Origin: Cyanophora paradoxa CCMP329
Lineage: Eukaryota; Plantae; Glaucophyta
Reading direction: 5' to 3'
Assembly (NCBI GenBank): GCA_004431415.1
Contig: QPMI01000235.1
Span: forward strand, 11,863 to 75,862
DNA length: 64,000 nucleotides
The stretch's first letter is position 1. Each line of letters begins with the position of its first letter. Below the pieces are notes generated by a model that worked only from the letters and a program-made list of their open reading frames with translations, made no database searches and was not told the origin of the DNA. This document shows, piece by piece, positions 13,411 through 24,814 of the stretch. Made by a program: the position numbers and the translations under genes.

Positions 13411-15274
13411 ATGGCGGCAAGGGAGCGGCCTTCGAAGCGCGCGAGGGCGGAGCTCAAAGACGGTGCGGGCGTCGTGTAGCGCACGTGCACGCGCATTTCG
13501 CGTCGCACGCATGCCAACTTTCGCCCACAGCAGGGTCATCGCCACCGGCCGCTTCCAATGCTCTGGAGACAATCGGGCTCTCGCTCGAGCGTCTACCGGG
13601 CGACCTGCTGTCGAGGTGCCGAGCGCCTGTCGCCCGCGCTCGACTCGGCGAGCTCAGGCGCCGCGCAGGATCGTGCAGCTCCTGTCGCTGAAGGAGGCGT
13701 TCCGATTGCGGGGTGTGAGCCGAGCGATCCGCGATGCCGTCGAGGAAACCGCCTTCGACGGCGCGAAGCTGGACCTGGACGCCATGCAGACGGAGGAGCT
13801 CAAAGGACTCGAGCGGCTCGTTCGCGACGGTCGGCTCAAGGGCGGCGAGCTCAGCGTCAGCGTCATGTGCAAATGCTTATGGACGCTCCCCAGCCTCGGC
13901 GAGAAGGTGGAGCAGCCGCTCCGCCTCCTCGCGGCGCTGGCGGGGCGCTGCAGGAGCGTGCGCGTCGAGTTCGCCGAGCCACACGCAGAGGAGCAGGTCT
14001 TCAACAGGCACATTGTCAGGGAGCGCGTCGAAGTCGTGCTCGACGCGCTGGCGCCGGGCGGGGCGGCCAGCCCGCTGCAGGAGCTCCAGCTGCACTGCAA
14101 CAGCAAGCAAGCGTTCTATAGCTACGACCCGCTAGACGTCCTGACGATATTCGAGGAGTACCTGGCGCCGCTCGCCGGGCTGCGGTCCCTCCTGCTGCCC
14201 GATCTGCCCCTGAGCGTCGGCACGTCGGCAGCCATTGCGGCCCACCTCCCCGCGCTCCGCTGCCTCCAGTGCTTCTACGGGAAAGATCAGCGCGGAGCCC
14301 TCATGCGGCTCGGACCCCTGTGCTTGGAGCGGCTCGTCTTACACCCAGATCCCCGCCCGGTGGGTGGCCCCCTGACTTCTGGAGAATTTTCCTGACGTGA
14401 GTTTTCGATACAGGGCGACAACCCCGGCTTGCGCCTGGACGAGCTCTCCGATACCCCCCTGGGGCGCTCCCTGCGCGAGCTCCATATCGAGTGCGTGGGC
14501 GGGTGTACCCCCTCCCCCTCCCCCTATTCCGACCGCTCGGGCAGGGAGACAGCACCAACGGCTTTTTTCGTACACGGGTACACGAGCTCGTCCTTTTCCG
14601 CGGACGACCTCGACGCGCTCGCCGGCATGCCGCAGCTCGAGGCCGTCACGGGCTACGTGCGCCCGTCCCCCCGCGGCGATGTCGAACTCTGCGTTCTCTG
14701 AGCGGCCCCCGCGCAGGTTGGTCTGACGAAAGATCTTGGTGGGGCGGTCAGCCGTGGGCTGCAGAGCCTGCTGCGGGCCCCGCGCCTCTCCGTCCTGCAG
14801 CTGTCCTTCTTTGGCGTCGATTCGTCCACCGCTTTCAGCGCGGCCCTCGTTGCTGCCCTCGCCGCCGGCCCGCTGCCTTCACGCCTGGCCCTCGACCTCC
14901 GAGTCTCCTGGTACAGCATTTCACAGATCGTCAACGCAGGAGCCGGCCCCATCCTGCGCGGCGTCGACGTCGACGTGACCTCGGCAACTGACGACGCTGC
15001 AGCCGCAGTTTCGGCGGCCCTCCTCCGCTGCCCCCGCCTCGAGAGCCTCGTCATCCGCGCCGATGTTCGCAGCACGATCGATGTCGCGGACCTCGCCGCC
15101 GGCCTGGCGCCCCTGGCCGCCCTCCCGCCCCTCCCCGGCGGCCTCCGCTTCGAGGTCACCGCGTGTGGGCGGCGGTCTGATGGGCTCGAGGAGCTCGCGG
15201 CGCGGGCAAAGGAGTCCCTGTCCGCCGCCCTCCCCGCCGCCGCATTCCACGCCCTTTTTCGTTTGCAGGGCTAA
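13411..15274 (+). CDS. F-box/LRR-like protein, copy 4 (multi-exon)
   Basis: MAARERPSKRARAELKD start, SLERLPGDLLSR|IVQLLSLKEAFRLRGVSRAIRDAV, ends LFRLQG*. Confidence 0.72.
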
Positions 15275-16142
15275 TTGCTAGCCCTTTTCCTCGCATCGTT
15301 GTAGTTTTTTGACAAGTGACTGCGACTTTGCGCCGGACTTTGCGCCGGACTCCGGACGTGCCAGACAGGGTCCAATGTGCGAGTGCACACGTGCACAGCC
15401 CCGCTCCTCGAGTATACGAGTACGAGTGTACGAGTGTACGAGTGCTCGCGGCCCTCCCGCCCCGCCCCGGCGGCCTCCGCCTCGAGGTCGAAGCGCCGGG
15501 GGAGCTCGCGGCGCGGGCGAACGAATCCCTGTCCGCCGCCCTCCCCGCCGCCGCAATTCAAGTCCTTCAAAAAGAGGTTTAGCCATGGAGGGACCTTTTC
15601 CTGAAGCTGATATATATTGTTGTATATAGACGTAGTTCTCTGATATGTGACTGCGAGTTAAGAGCCGGATCCGGATGCGACTTTGCAGACGTTTCAAATA
15701 TGGCCATCCGGCTACAAGAGGAGATCTAGATATCGCTAATCATCGATATTGATCATCGGATATCTAGATCTGACGTCGACTCCTCGCGATCAATTTCAGT
15801 TAACGTTAAAACCCGTCACGGCGTTGAGCGAGCTTGAATCACATGAATCACAAGCTTGAAGAGCTGTATATCCACTGCAAGTCTTCGCAGGGCCGCGCAG
15901 TCTTAGCGTTGGCGCAGAGACGCACGAGGTTTGAAATCGCTCAAGCAATACAGCTACATAAACTAGGCTACATAAGAGGCCGACGGATACGGATTATGCA
16001 AAATTGAATGATTGCGCCTCGAGCTCCCGCCACGCCATCCGGGGCGGCAGGCAGCCCTCGACGGGGGCAGGGAGGGGCTTCCGGAACCGTACATGTACAA
16101 TTGCAACAAACCGACGAGACGGCCGCCGAGCGCAGAGATGCG

Positions 16143-18586
16143 CTAGAGGCGGCGGCCGCCCTCGGGGGGGTACGGGGGCGTGGGCGTCCCCGTGCTGGGC
16201 CTCTCGAACCGGTCGGACTCGCGGTCGTACCCGTCCTCGCCGTAGCTGGCGAGCCGCGGCGAGGCCGGCTCGGAGCCGTCGGGGGGTAGGGCCTCCAGGA
16301 AGCGAACACACTCGGCGGCGCTGGGCCGCCGCGCGGGGGTCGGGTGCCAGCAGTCCCGCAGGAGCGGCGCCAGGGCGGGGTACGGGCAGTCCGCCAGCGA
16401 GGGCCTGCCGGGGCGTGAGAAAAGCAAAACAAGACGGCCTCAGACGAGGCGGCGGGGTAGGAGCGGAGCGCGCCTGAGCCCGTTGAACGCGGCCGCCATG
16501 CCGAGGGCGAGCGGGTTCAGCTCCCGAACGTCGTCAAAGGGCCGACGCAGGAAGACCACCTCGTAGAGCCTGCGCGGCGGGGGGCCGGGTCGGGGGGCGG
16601 CTGGGGAGGGGTACGGGGACGAAGATCGCTCACGTCATGCCAAAGGCGTACACGTCCACCTGGTGGGGGGGGGAAGCGTCAGGGGGTACGGCGGGCGGGA
16701 CGAGGGAGGGGCACGCGCTTTCTCGTTCGCGGGCTCGTTGCGGAGGACCTCGGGGGCCATGCACGCGAGCGTCCCGGACTCTGAGGGGGGGTACGGCGTC
16801 AATGCGGCGCCGGGGTACGCTTTTCCGCACGGACCGGTCATGCAGCGGGACTCGGGGAGGGAGCACGCAGTGCCGAAGTCCTGCGGGGGAGGGACCCTCG
16901 GTTTGGGGGTACGGGAGGAAAAGGGGAGGGGGGTACGCACGCCGATGAGGACGGAGCCGTCGGCCGCGATGTAGAGGTTCGAAGTCTTCAGGTCGCGGTG
17001 CACGAGGGGTACGGGCAGCCCGTGCAGGTACGCCAGGCCCCTAAAAACAGGAGGGGGTACGAGTTGGGACCGGACTTCGGGCCGGGAGAGAAGGGGGGTA
17101 CGCGGCACCTCGCGATGTCGAGCGCGATGCGGCGGATGCGGGGCCGGTCGAGGGGGCCGAGGACGGGGCTCACGGGGGGCACGGGTGCGCCGGCGGGGCC
17201 CCGCTCCCGCTCCGAAGGCGGCCCGGGCGCTACGGGGAGAGCCGAAGCCAGGGAGCCCCCCGGGCACAGCTGCGCCCCGCCGGCCGGTTCGGATCCGGGG
17301 GGGGGGGGGGGGGAAGAGAGGGAAAGGGGGTACCGTCATGACGAGGGCGAGGGCGCGGCGGTCCTCGCAGACGGCGCGCAGGGCGACAACGTTCGGGTGC
17401 CTCAGCGGCCGCATCGACGCCGCCTGAGCGGCGCGCTCGGCTTTGGGGGGAGGGAGGGGGAGGAGCGGGGGGGGGTACGTGCGCGCCTCCTGGCGGAAGC
17501 GGGCGACCTCCTCCTCCGTGAACCCGCCGCCTCCCCGGTACAGGAATCGCTTCACGGCCACCTGAGGGGGGGGGGGAGGGGGGGGAGGAGGGGGGGGGAG
17601 GAGGTGTCAGAAAAAGGGGGGGGATAAGCTCTTCGGGGAGCGGTTTCCGCACCCACTGGCCGCGCCACTCGGCCTCGTAGACGGTGGAGGAGCCGCCGCT
17701 GCCGATGGCGCGCAGCAGGCGGATCTCGTCCAGCCGCACGCGGGGCGCCGGCGGCGTGCCCGGCGGCTCCGGCGAGCCGGCGCCCGGCCGCGGGCGAGCC
17801 GACCCGAGCTCCGAGGAGCTGATGCTCCGGGGGAGGTACGCGCGCCTCCGCTGCGGAGGAAGGGGGGGATTGAGCGCGGCGTGGCGGGGAGAGAGGGAGG
17901 GAAGGAGGGGTACGGCGGACCTCGGGCGCCTCCTCTTCCTCGTCCGCCCCCGAGCCCTCCCAGTCCTCCTCGTACTCCTCCTGTATCCGGGTAAGCGGAA
18001 GGGGGGAGGGGGGGTGGGGGGGGGGGGGGCGAGGGAAGAAGCGGCGCACGAGGAGGGTCTCGCTCAGGCGGGTCAGGGCGAGGGTGCGGGCGGGGCGGCG
18101 GCGGCGGCCGGAGCGGCGGCGGCGCGGGGGGAAGATGGAGCGCCCGTGGAGGACGGAGGTCGCCGCGAAGTCCGGAGCGTCCCTGGCCCCCGGCGCGGCG
18201 ACCGCTGGGGAGCTGCTGCTCGTGGCGAGGGCCTTGCCGCCCCACAGCTCGTGCTGCAGGGGAAGCCCGCTCACGGTGCGGCTCGCCCGCAGCTGTGGCT
18301 GCCGCGGCGCCAGCGAAGGCTGCGCGGGAAGCGGCTTCGGCTTTCCGACGAGGGCTTGGCCTGGGCGGAGTGAGCCGCAAGTTGCGGGGCGGCGGGCGGG
18401 CGGGCGGGCGGGCGAACCGGTGAGCCAGTTGACAGCGGCGATCGGCGGCAGGAAAGAGACCTCGGGCATGCTGTGCTGGAGGTTCTTGAGCGTCCGCGGG
18501 GCCCGCCGGCTCCGCGGGCTGCGTCCGCCCTGCGACTCGTTCGGCGTCACGGGCCTCTCCAGATCCAGGCCGCCGCTTGCATCCAT
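16143..18586 (-). CDS. Tyrosine-kinase-like (Raf/MAP3K-like) protein kinase, multi-exon
   Basis: IGSGGSSTVY Gly loop, VAVK, LRHPNVV, HRDLKTSN, DFG, MAPE, DVYAFG and CW...RPS motifs across short introns. ATG at 18586. Confidence 0.9.
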
Positions 18587-19064
18587 GGCTCCTGTCGATG
18601 CTGACAACCTCTACGCCGTGCACGTGTGCCGAAAAGACTGGCGGGCACTCGACGGCTCGCGCCCGCTTCCGAAGCCCCGGCGCAGAGCAGCTCGGCTCCG
18701 AGCTGATTCAACTGCTCAGAAACAAACCTGCTCAAAACCTGCTTCTGCTGCGAAACGCCCATCTGAGTGTCCTCAATGCAAATGCAGGTTCGGAACTCGC
18801 TTACCTGATCGGGGCGGGTCTTGCAATTGCTGTGCACGGCACAGCTGGACGGGACGCGCCGGCCCCATTGTTCGCGGGCTTGTGCCAATGTGCTTTCAGG
18901 TTGGGGTACAGACCGACTTCGTTCGCACTGCGCTTCGAATGAACCGCCAGCTGGATGAACGTATGCGAAACACTTTCGGATCGCACGTACAACCCAAAAA
19001 GCTAGTGGCCACCGCGCCTCCCACTAGTGGCAGAGACGTAGCTAGCGGCCAGCAGCAGGCGGCG

Positions 19065-20961
19065 ATGTCTCACATGGACGCGGAAGCGGCCTCTCTGACA
19101 CGGTTTTTGCCCAACGAGCTGGTGTCGGCAGTGCTCAGTTTCCTCGAGGTGGGCCACAGGAGCGTCGCGTCCGCGGTCTGCGTGCGATGGAAGCGCTGCG
19201 CCGGCGAGGCGCCGTTCTCGCCGTCGGCCTCCCTGACGTGAGCCGCTTTGAGTGCGCGTCCAATCGCCCATTTAGAGAGCGGTCCGCCGCAGTGTCGCCG
19301 TGGACGTGGAGGAGGGTGACCCGCGGCCGGAGCTCGAGCGCCGCCGGCGCGAGGGGCGCCTCTACAAGCCCCTCGGCCCGCGCGCCGCGGAGCTCGAGCC
19401 TCGCGCCCTCTCCGCGGCGGCGGCCGCCGCCGTCCTTCGTTCCCCAGCGTGCCGCACCCTCCACACGCTCCGCCTGACGGTCCTCTACGCCACGGAGCCG
19501 TCGGCCTCCAGCGCCGGCGCCGACGGCGACGGCTGCGAAACCGATGCGCTGTCCGCCCTCCTCGCGGCGGCCCCGAGCCTTCGCAGGCTCGAGCTCTCGG
19601 CGCCCTGCGAGACGGCGCGGGCCCTCCGCGCCGCCGCCTCCCGCCTGCGCCTCGCGGACTCGCTCCCGTCCCTCCGCGAGCTCTTCCTCACCGCCGAGGG
19701 CGGCGCCCTCTGCCCCTTCGACTCCGAGGGCCCCGTGCGTACCCCCCGGTCTTCCCCTCCCCCCTCGTTGCTGACCCGCCCCGGTCGCAGCCGCCGGCGC
19801 ACCCCGCGCTGGAGGTCCTAGGCGCCCACGCGGCGCTCCCGAGGGCGGAGGACGCGCGGGGTACCCTCCTCGAGCGCCTCCCCTCCCTCCGTCGGGTACA
19901 CTCTCTCCGGACCGAGTCTCCGGGCGCCCTCTCCGCCCTCGCCCGCGCCGGCGTCCGCGCCCGCTGCCTCAGGTGCGGAAGTACCCCCTCCCCGCTGCCT
20001 GGTACCCCGCGGCTGATCGCGTAACCCCCAGCGCCGTGGATGCGGACCTATCGGAGCCGGCCGCCGCCGCCGACCTCGCCGCCGTCCTCCGCCCCTCCGC
20101 CTTCGCCCCCGAGGCGCGCCCGTACCCCCCTCTCGAGCCCGCTGTACCCCCCCCCCCCCCCGCTGATTGCTGTATCCAGGCGGAGCCCTCTCGGCTGTAC
20201 CTCTGCTCCTGCGCTCTCCCCGAGGCGGGCGAAGCGCCTTCCTTCGACGGTCTGGAGAGGTGTGTAACCCCTCCTCCTTCTCCCCCCCCCCCGGCTCATG
20301 TACCCCCAGCGTGTACGTCGCGTGCTGCACGATCCGAGAGGGCACCCTTCGCTGGCTCCTCGGTTCGGCGTACCCCCCCATTTCTGATGCGCGTACCCCC
20401 CTCAACGACGCTCCCGCAGGCGGCGCCCACGCGGCGACGCTCGGCCGGTTCACGCTCAAGGCCGACCTCGTCGACGTCGGCCCCGGTACCCCCCTCGCCC
20501 CTCGCCCCCGCTCCGCCGCACGTACCCCGGCGCGGCGCCAACCGGGGCCCGGCGCAGCATGCCTCGGCGAGACGCTGGCGGCGCTGCGGCCGGCGGCGCG
20601 GGTGTCGGTGGGCTGGCCGGCCTCGTGGGGCGCGGGGCGACTGGAGGAGGCGCGGCGGGCCCTGGGGCCCCGCGGCCTCGAGTTCGACTGCCTACCCCCC
20701 CGCGGGCCCTCCCGCTACTTCTCCGTCTCCTCCCCGGTACCCCCCGTCCTTCCTCCCCCCCCTGATTCCCTGGGCTTCGCGTTGACCTCTTCGTTCGCAG
20801 GAGCGCCCCAAGCGGCCGGCCGCCGGCCACAGCCGCGACGCCGCCGCTTCGGATCGGGTCGTGAACGTGGCGGCCGTGGCGGGGGCCGAAGCCGGCGCCG
20901 GCTCCGGCCTTCCCGACGACATCGCGAGCCAGCTCGTCGCCCCTCCCCCTTTACCTTTTGA
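19065..20961 (+). CDS. F-box protein with LRR-like region, multi-exon (3' end approximate)
   Basis: LPNELVSAVLSFLEVGHRSVASAVCVRWKR F-box, followed by LRRLELS and LRELFL repeats. Confidence 0.7.
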
Positions 20962-21452
20962 GAAACTAGATTTGGTTTTTTGAATAGACAGCGCTAGCTC
21001 CAGAAGCGTTCGAATAGGCAGAAATGCTTGCGATACGTATACAACATCAGACGATATCGGTAATTATAAGAACAATTCCGCTGCATGCGCATGCCAAGAT
21101 GCTTCATTGAATGCTTTGTGAACATGTACGTACACGACGGTCGACGTCGACAGTCCCAGGAGGCTTGCAATTGAAATAACTAGCAAATCGCGATCGGGGC
21201 GCGGCATCGAAGATAGACGTGGCATGGACGTATCTACATCGTCGACAGGCGCCCGACCGCCCAGGCGGGGAGGTAGGGGGCGCGCAGGCGGGCGAGGCGG
21301 CGCTCGCGGGCCCCCCACGAGGCCGTTGCCTCGGGGCGGTAAAGGAGCGGCGAGTAGGCAGCCGCGCGGTCGGCCCGCGCCCGCGCCGCGCGCTTCGAGA
21401 GGCCGGCCACCTCCACCAGGCGCTGCGGAGGACGGAATATTAATCAGAAGGC

Positions 21453-23283
21453 TCAGCGGCTCAGAAGCTTAAGGCGGAGGCGAACCGCGGCGATGCCGGC
21501 GGGGGATACCGCCGCCGCGTCCTGCCCCCCCTCCGCGATCAAATCCTGCAGGCACCCGAGCTGCGTGTGCCGCCCATGGCCAGGCTCAGAGGGGCGAGGG
21601 GCGGCGGGGGTACGTATACGTGCCAGGACGGCGTCCGAAGGCCCTAGGAGGCGATCAAGCGGGGGTACGGGGAAGCCCGGTGCGATGCGGACGTAGAGGT
21701 CGCCGGCCGCGAGGGCGCCGCCGTCCTCGCCGGGCCGCCGGCTCGGGCCCTCCAGGAGCCACTCCAGCAGCTCGCGCGGGGCCGGCGCCGGCGCGCCCCC
21801 CTCCGGCCACACCTGCAAGGCGGCCGTCAGGAAGCCGCGGGGGTAGAAATTTGAGAGGGGAAGGGCGCACATCGATCTCGAAGGCGGGACAGGCGGCGAT
21901 GCAGGCGGCGAGCTCGGCGGGGTCGAGGAGGGCGTGGGCGCGCGCGGCGGCCCAGAAGCGGGGCCCGGGGCGGCGCCGGCGGAACTCGGGGGCGCTCGCT
22001 GCGCGCTCGACGGACTGCAGCAGGACGCGGAGGGGGAGCCGGGGCCCGGAGCCGCCTCGGGCATGGCTGAGGGCGAAAAGAAGGAGGGCAGTCGCGTGGC
22101 AGAGGCGCGCCGGCACCCTTTCGTTTGAATTTGAATTTTTCCGCGGCGCGGCCTCCTCCTCCGGGTACCCCACGGGCCCGGCGAACCGCAGGGCCCGCCC
22201 GTCGGGGGACAGCGCGAGTATCCCCCCCTCGAACTCCCCCCCCGGCCCCGGGGCCCGGAAGGCCCCAAGGGCGCGGCGGGCGGCGAGGAGGTCCTCCTTA
22301 AGGGGCGGGGCCGCCGGATCAAATTCGAAGTCGAAGTCGAAGTCGGCGTCGCGGGCCGCGCGGAACGCGGCCGCGACGGAGGAGTCCGTCGCGAGCCCCG
22401 TGGCGAGCACCTGCCGGCCGGCAATTTTATATATGAAAGAAAGTGACCTAGTCTTAAGCTTAAGAGTTATATACCTGCTGGAGGGCGATCTCGAGCATCG
22501 CGAGGGTGACCGGCGCCCGCCTCGGCTGCTCGTAGAAGGCCATCAGGGCCGCCGGCCACCCCGGCACCGCGAAGGCGACCAGGGCAAGGCGGGGCTTGGG
22601 CTGGCCCAGGAGCTCCGCCAGGCGGAGGAGGGAGGCCGGGTGGTACCCCGGGGACGAACAGAGGCCCCGGCGGAACAGGACCTCGCCGCCGCGGGGGGCG
22701 AGGAAGGGCGCGGCCTCCTCGAGGGCCCGGGCGCCCTCGACGAGGGCGGGGGCGTGCCAGCGGACGCCCGAGCCCTTGCGGGGGAAGCTTCTCTTGAATT
22801 TCTTCTCGAGCTCGCGCACCCGCCCCCTGCGCGCGCGCAGAATTAATATTTGATTACATTTCAGCGGAGGCGCCCGAGCTCGCGATCGATCGCGAGGCGC
22901 TCGCGAGAGGCGTCCGATGTCGATGTCAGCAAAGTATATTTAATTTACTACTACATGTAGCGTGCAGAATTCTAATCGAGACGATTAATATGGGACACGT
23001 ACGCCGAGAGGCCGTGCTCGTCGCCGACCTGCTGGAGGGTGGGGGGCCTCTCCTGGCCCAGCAGGCCCAGCCGCCGCAGGATCATGGACAGCTGCCGCGG
23101 CCCGCGGCCGGAGGTTAGAACGTGCTATATATAGCCAGCGCCCCGTATACCCATGGCCAAGTCACGGCCATATGCATGGGGGCTAGGGAGTATTTATCCC
23201 ATGGACGCGGCCGGAGGCTAGAACGTGCTATAGCCAGCGCCACGTATACCCGGTTCATGGCCATGGGCATAGGGGCTGGGGAG

Positions 23284-23338
<55 letters not shown>

Positions 23339-24814
23339 TGTGGCCAGCGGACCCGGCCGCGGGGCGATGGGACGAAGGTTTCGAAGACGCTCCACGTCAT
23401 GTCCTGCATGCAGGAGAGGAGGAAATCAAATGCGCCGGTCAGGAATATATTAGAGAGCTTCGAATTCGCGAAAATAGTGAAACGCGCCTCGAGAAAGGGC
23501 CCCTCGCGCTCGCGATCCTTTTCGATATCGCGATGTTGCTGGATATCGATATTGATTGCGAACGATACGTCAAAACGGCGCGAAACTTTCGATATTTGCG
23601 GGTGCGCGTGGGGCTGGGGCGCGCCTCGGCGTAGGAAGAGAGGGTGGCTATGGCGAGGTCGCGGTCCTCGACGGCGAGCGTGACGAGCGGGCCCGAGGTC
23701 CCCTGCGTATTAACCCGAATTCGAATCAGACATCGATAAATAGCTGAACGAAAGAGATTGCGGGGAAATCATTGATTTTGAATACCAACCGCTGCAATTT
23801 TGCAATCTAAATTGATTGAATCGTCGAATATTAATATAATTACCCGCTGAAATCTATATATATATAGCTAAATGAAAACGCACTGCGGACAGGTCGAGGA
23901 GGCTGACGAGTTCGCGGAAAAGCATCCCGTAGCGGTAGTCGGAAGCGGGGGCGGATCGCCGCCCCAGGTCCCTTCGAAGCCTCCGCGCGAGCCGGGAAAA
24001 CTCGCGGGGCGCAGTCTGCCGGCCGTGCGATCGATATCATCTTCGGATCGGATCGGATCGGATCGGATCCGGAGGCCATGGCCAGGGCAGGCGGCGAATG
24101 TAAACTCGCGATCGTATACGTAATTCTTAGTTTGCAAAATTGAACGCGCACCGAGCTCGAGCTCGAGGAAAGAAGAGCGGCCGCGTCGAAGGCGGCGTCG
24201 AGGGCGACGGCGAGCTCCTCCGCGGAGAGGTCCGCGAGGGCGCGGGCGGCCGAGGCGGGGTCCCAGCCCCTGGCCGCCCGCAGCGCGGCGAGGCGCTCGG
24301 CGCCCAGCGCCGCTTCGAGGCCCAGGAGCGCGATTGCGGGCGCCTCCTCGGCCGAGGCCTTCGAATTCGAGTTAGAGCTCGAGGCGCGGTGCGGGACGAA
24401 TCGGCGGAGGCGCTCCGGCACGAAGGCCGCCCACGGGACGCCCGCGGGGTCGTCGCGGTAGACGACGAAGCCGCTGATCGGAGCCGGCGGCGGCACCGGC
24501 TCCCGCGGCCGACCCGCCGAATTCGACGCGACGGGCGCCAGCGCCGGATTCGGAGCATCCAGCCGCGCCGAATGCGGGCGAGCCGTACGAGTGCACAAGC
24601 GGACGCCGAGCCAGTGCGTCGGCCGCGGGCGCTGCAGCAGAGATTCCATCGCGTCCCGTCTTAATGCTACGAGAGCGGCGGCACTATGGCTGACGCCTTC
24701 GAATTCAAGTGCCGCCGCTCTCGTAGCATTAACATTGCTCGAAGGCCCTCGCCACAGGCAAGCATTTGCGAAGCCAACGCCAACAAAGGCCGTGCCCGCG
24801 CCAGAACCTGACAT
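21453..24814 (-). CDS. Multi-exon protein with a sigma-70 region-4-like HTH domain and a possible N-terminal organellar transit peptide
   Basis: Exons join in frame to give ...PSPRGR|LSMILRRLGLLGQERPPTLQQVGDEHGLSA|GRVRELEKKFKR. N-terminus MSGSGAGTAFVGVGF. Upstream exon joins are less certain. Confidence 0.6.
23288..23336. repeat. (TA)n microsatellite, ~24 units, intronic
   Basis: Direct reading of the sequence. Confidence 0.97.

Larger units (their letters stand above)
640..15560. repeat. Tandem segmental array of four ~3.5-3.9 kb units (approx. 640-4430, 4500-8190, 8480-11670, 11700-15275) plus a short fifth remnant (~15350-15560)
   Basis: The same blocks recur in the same order, e.g. GATCATGAAAGGCG near 2235, 6062, 9452, 13177 and CTGAAGGAGGCGTTCCGA near 2814, 6663, 10040, 13688. 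Confidence 0.92.
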
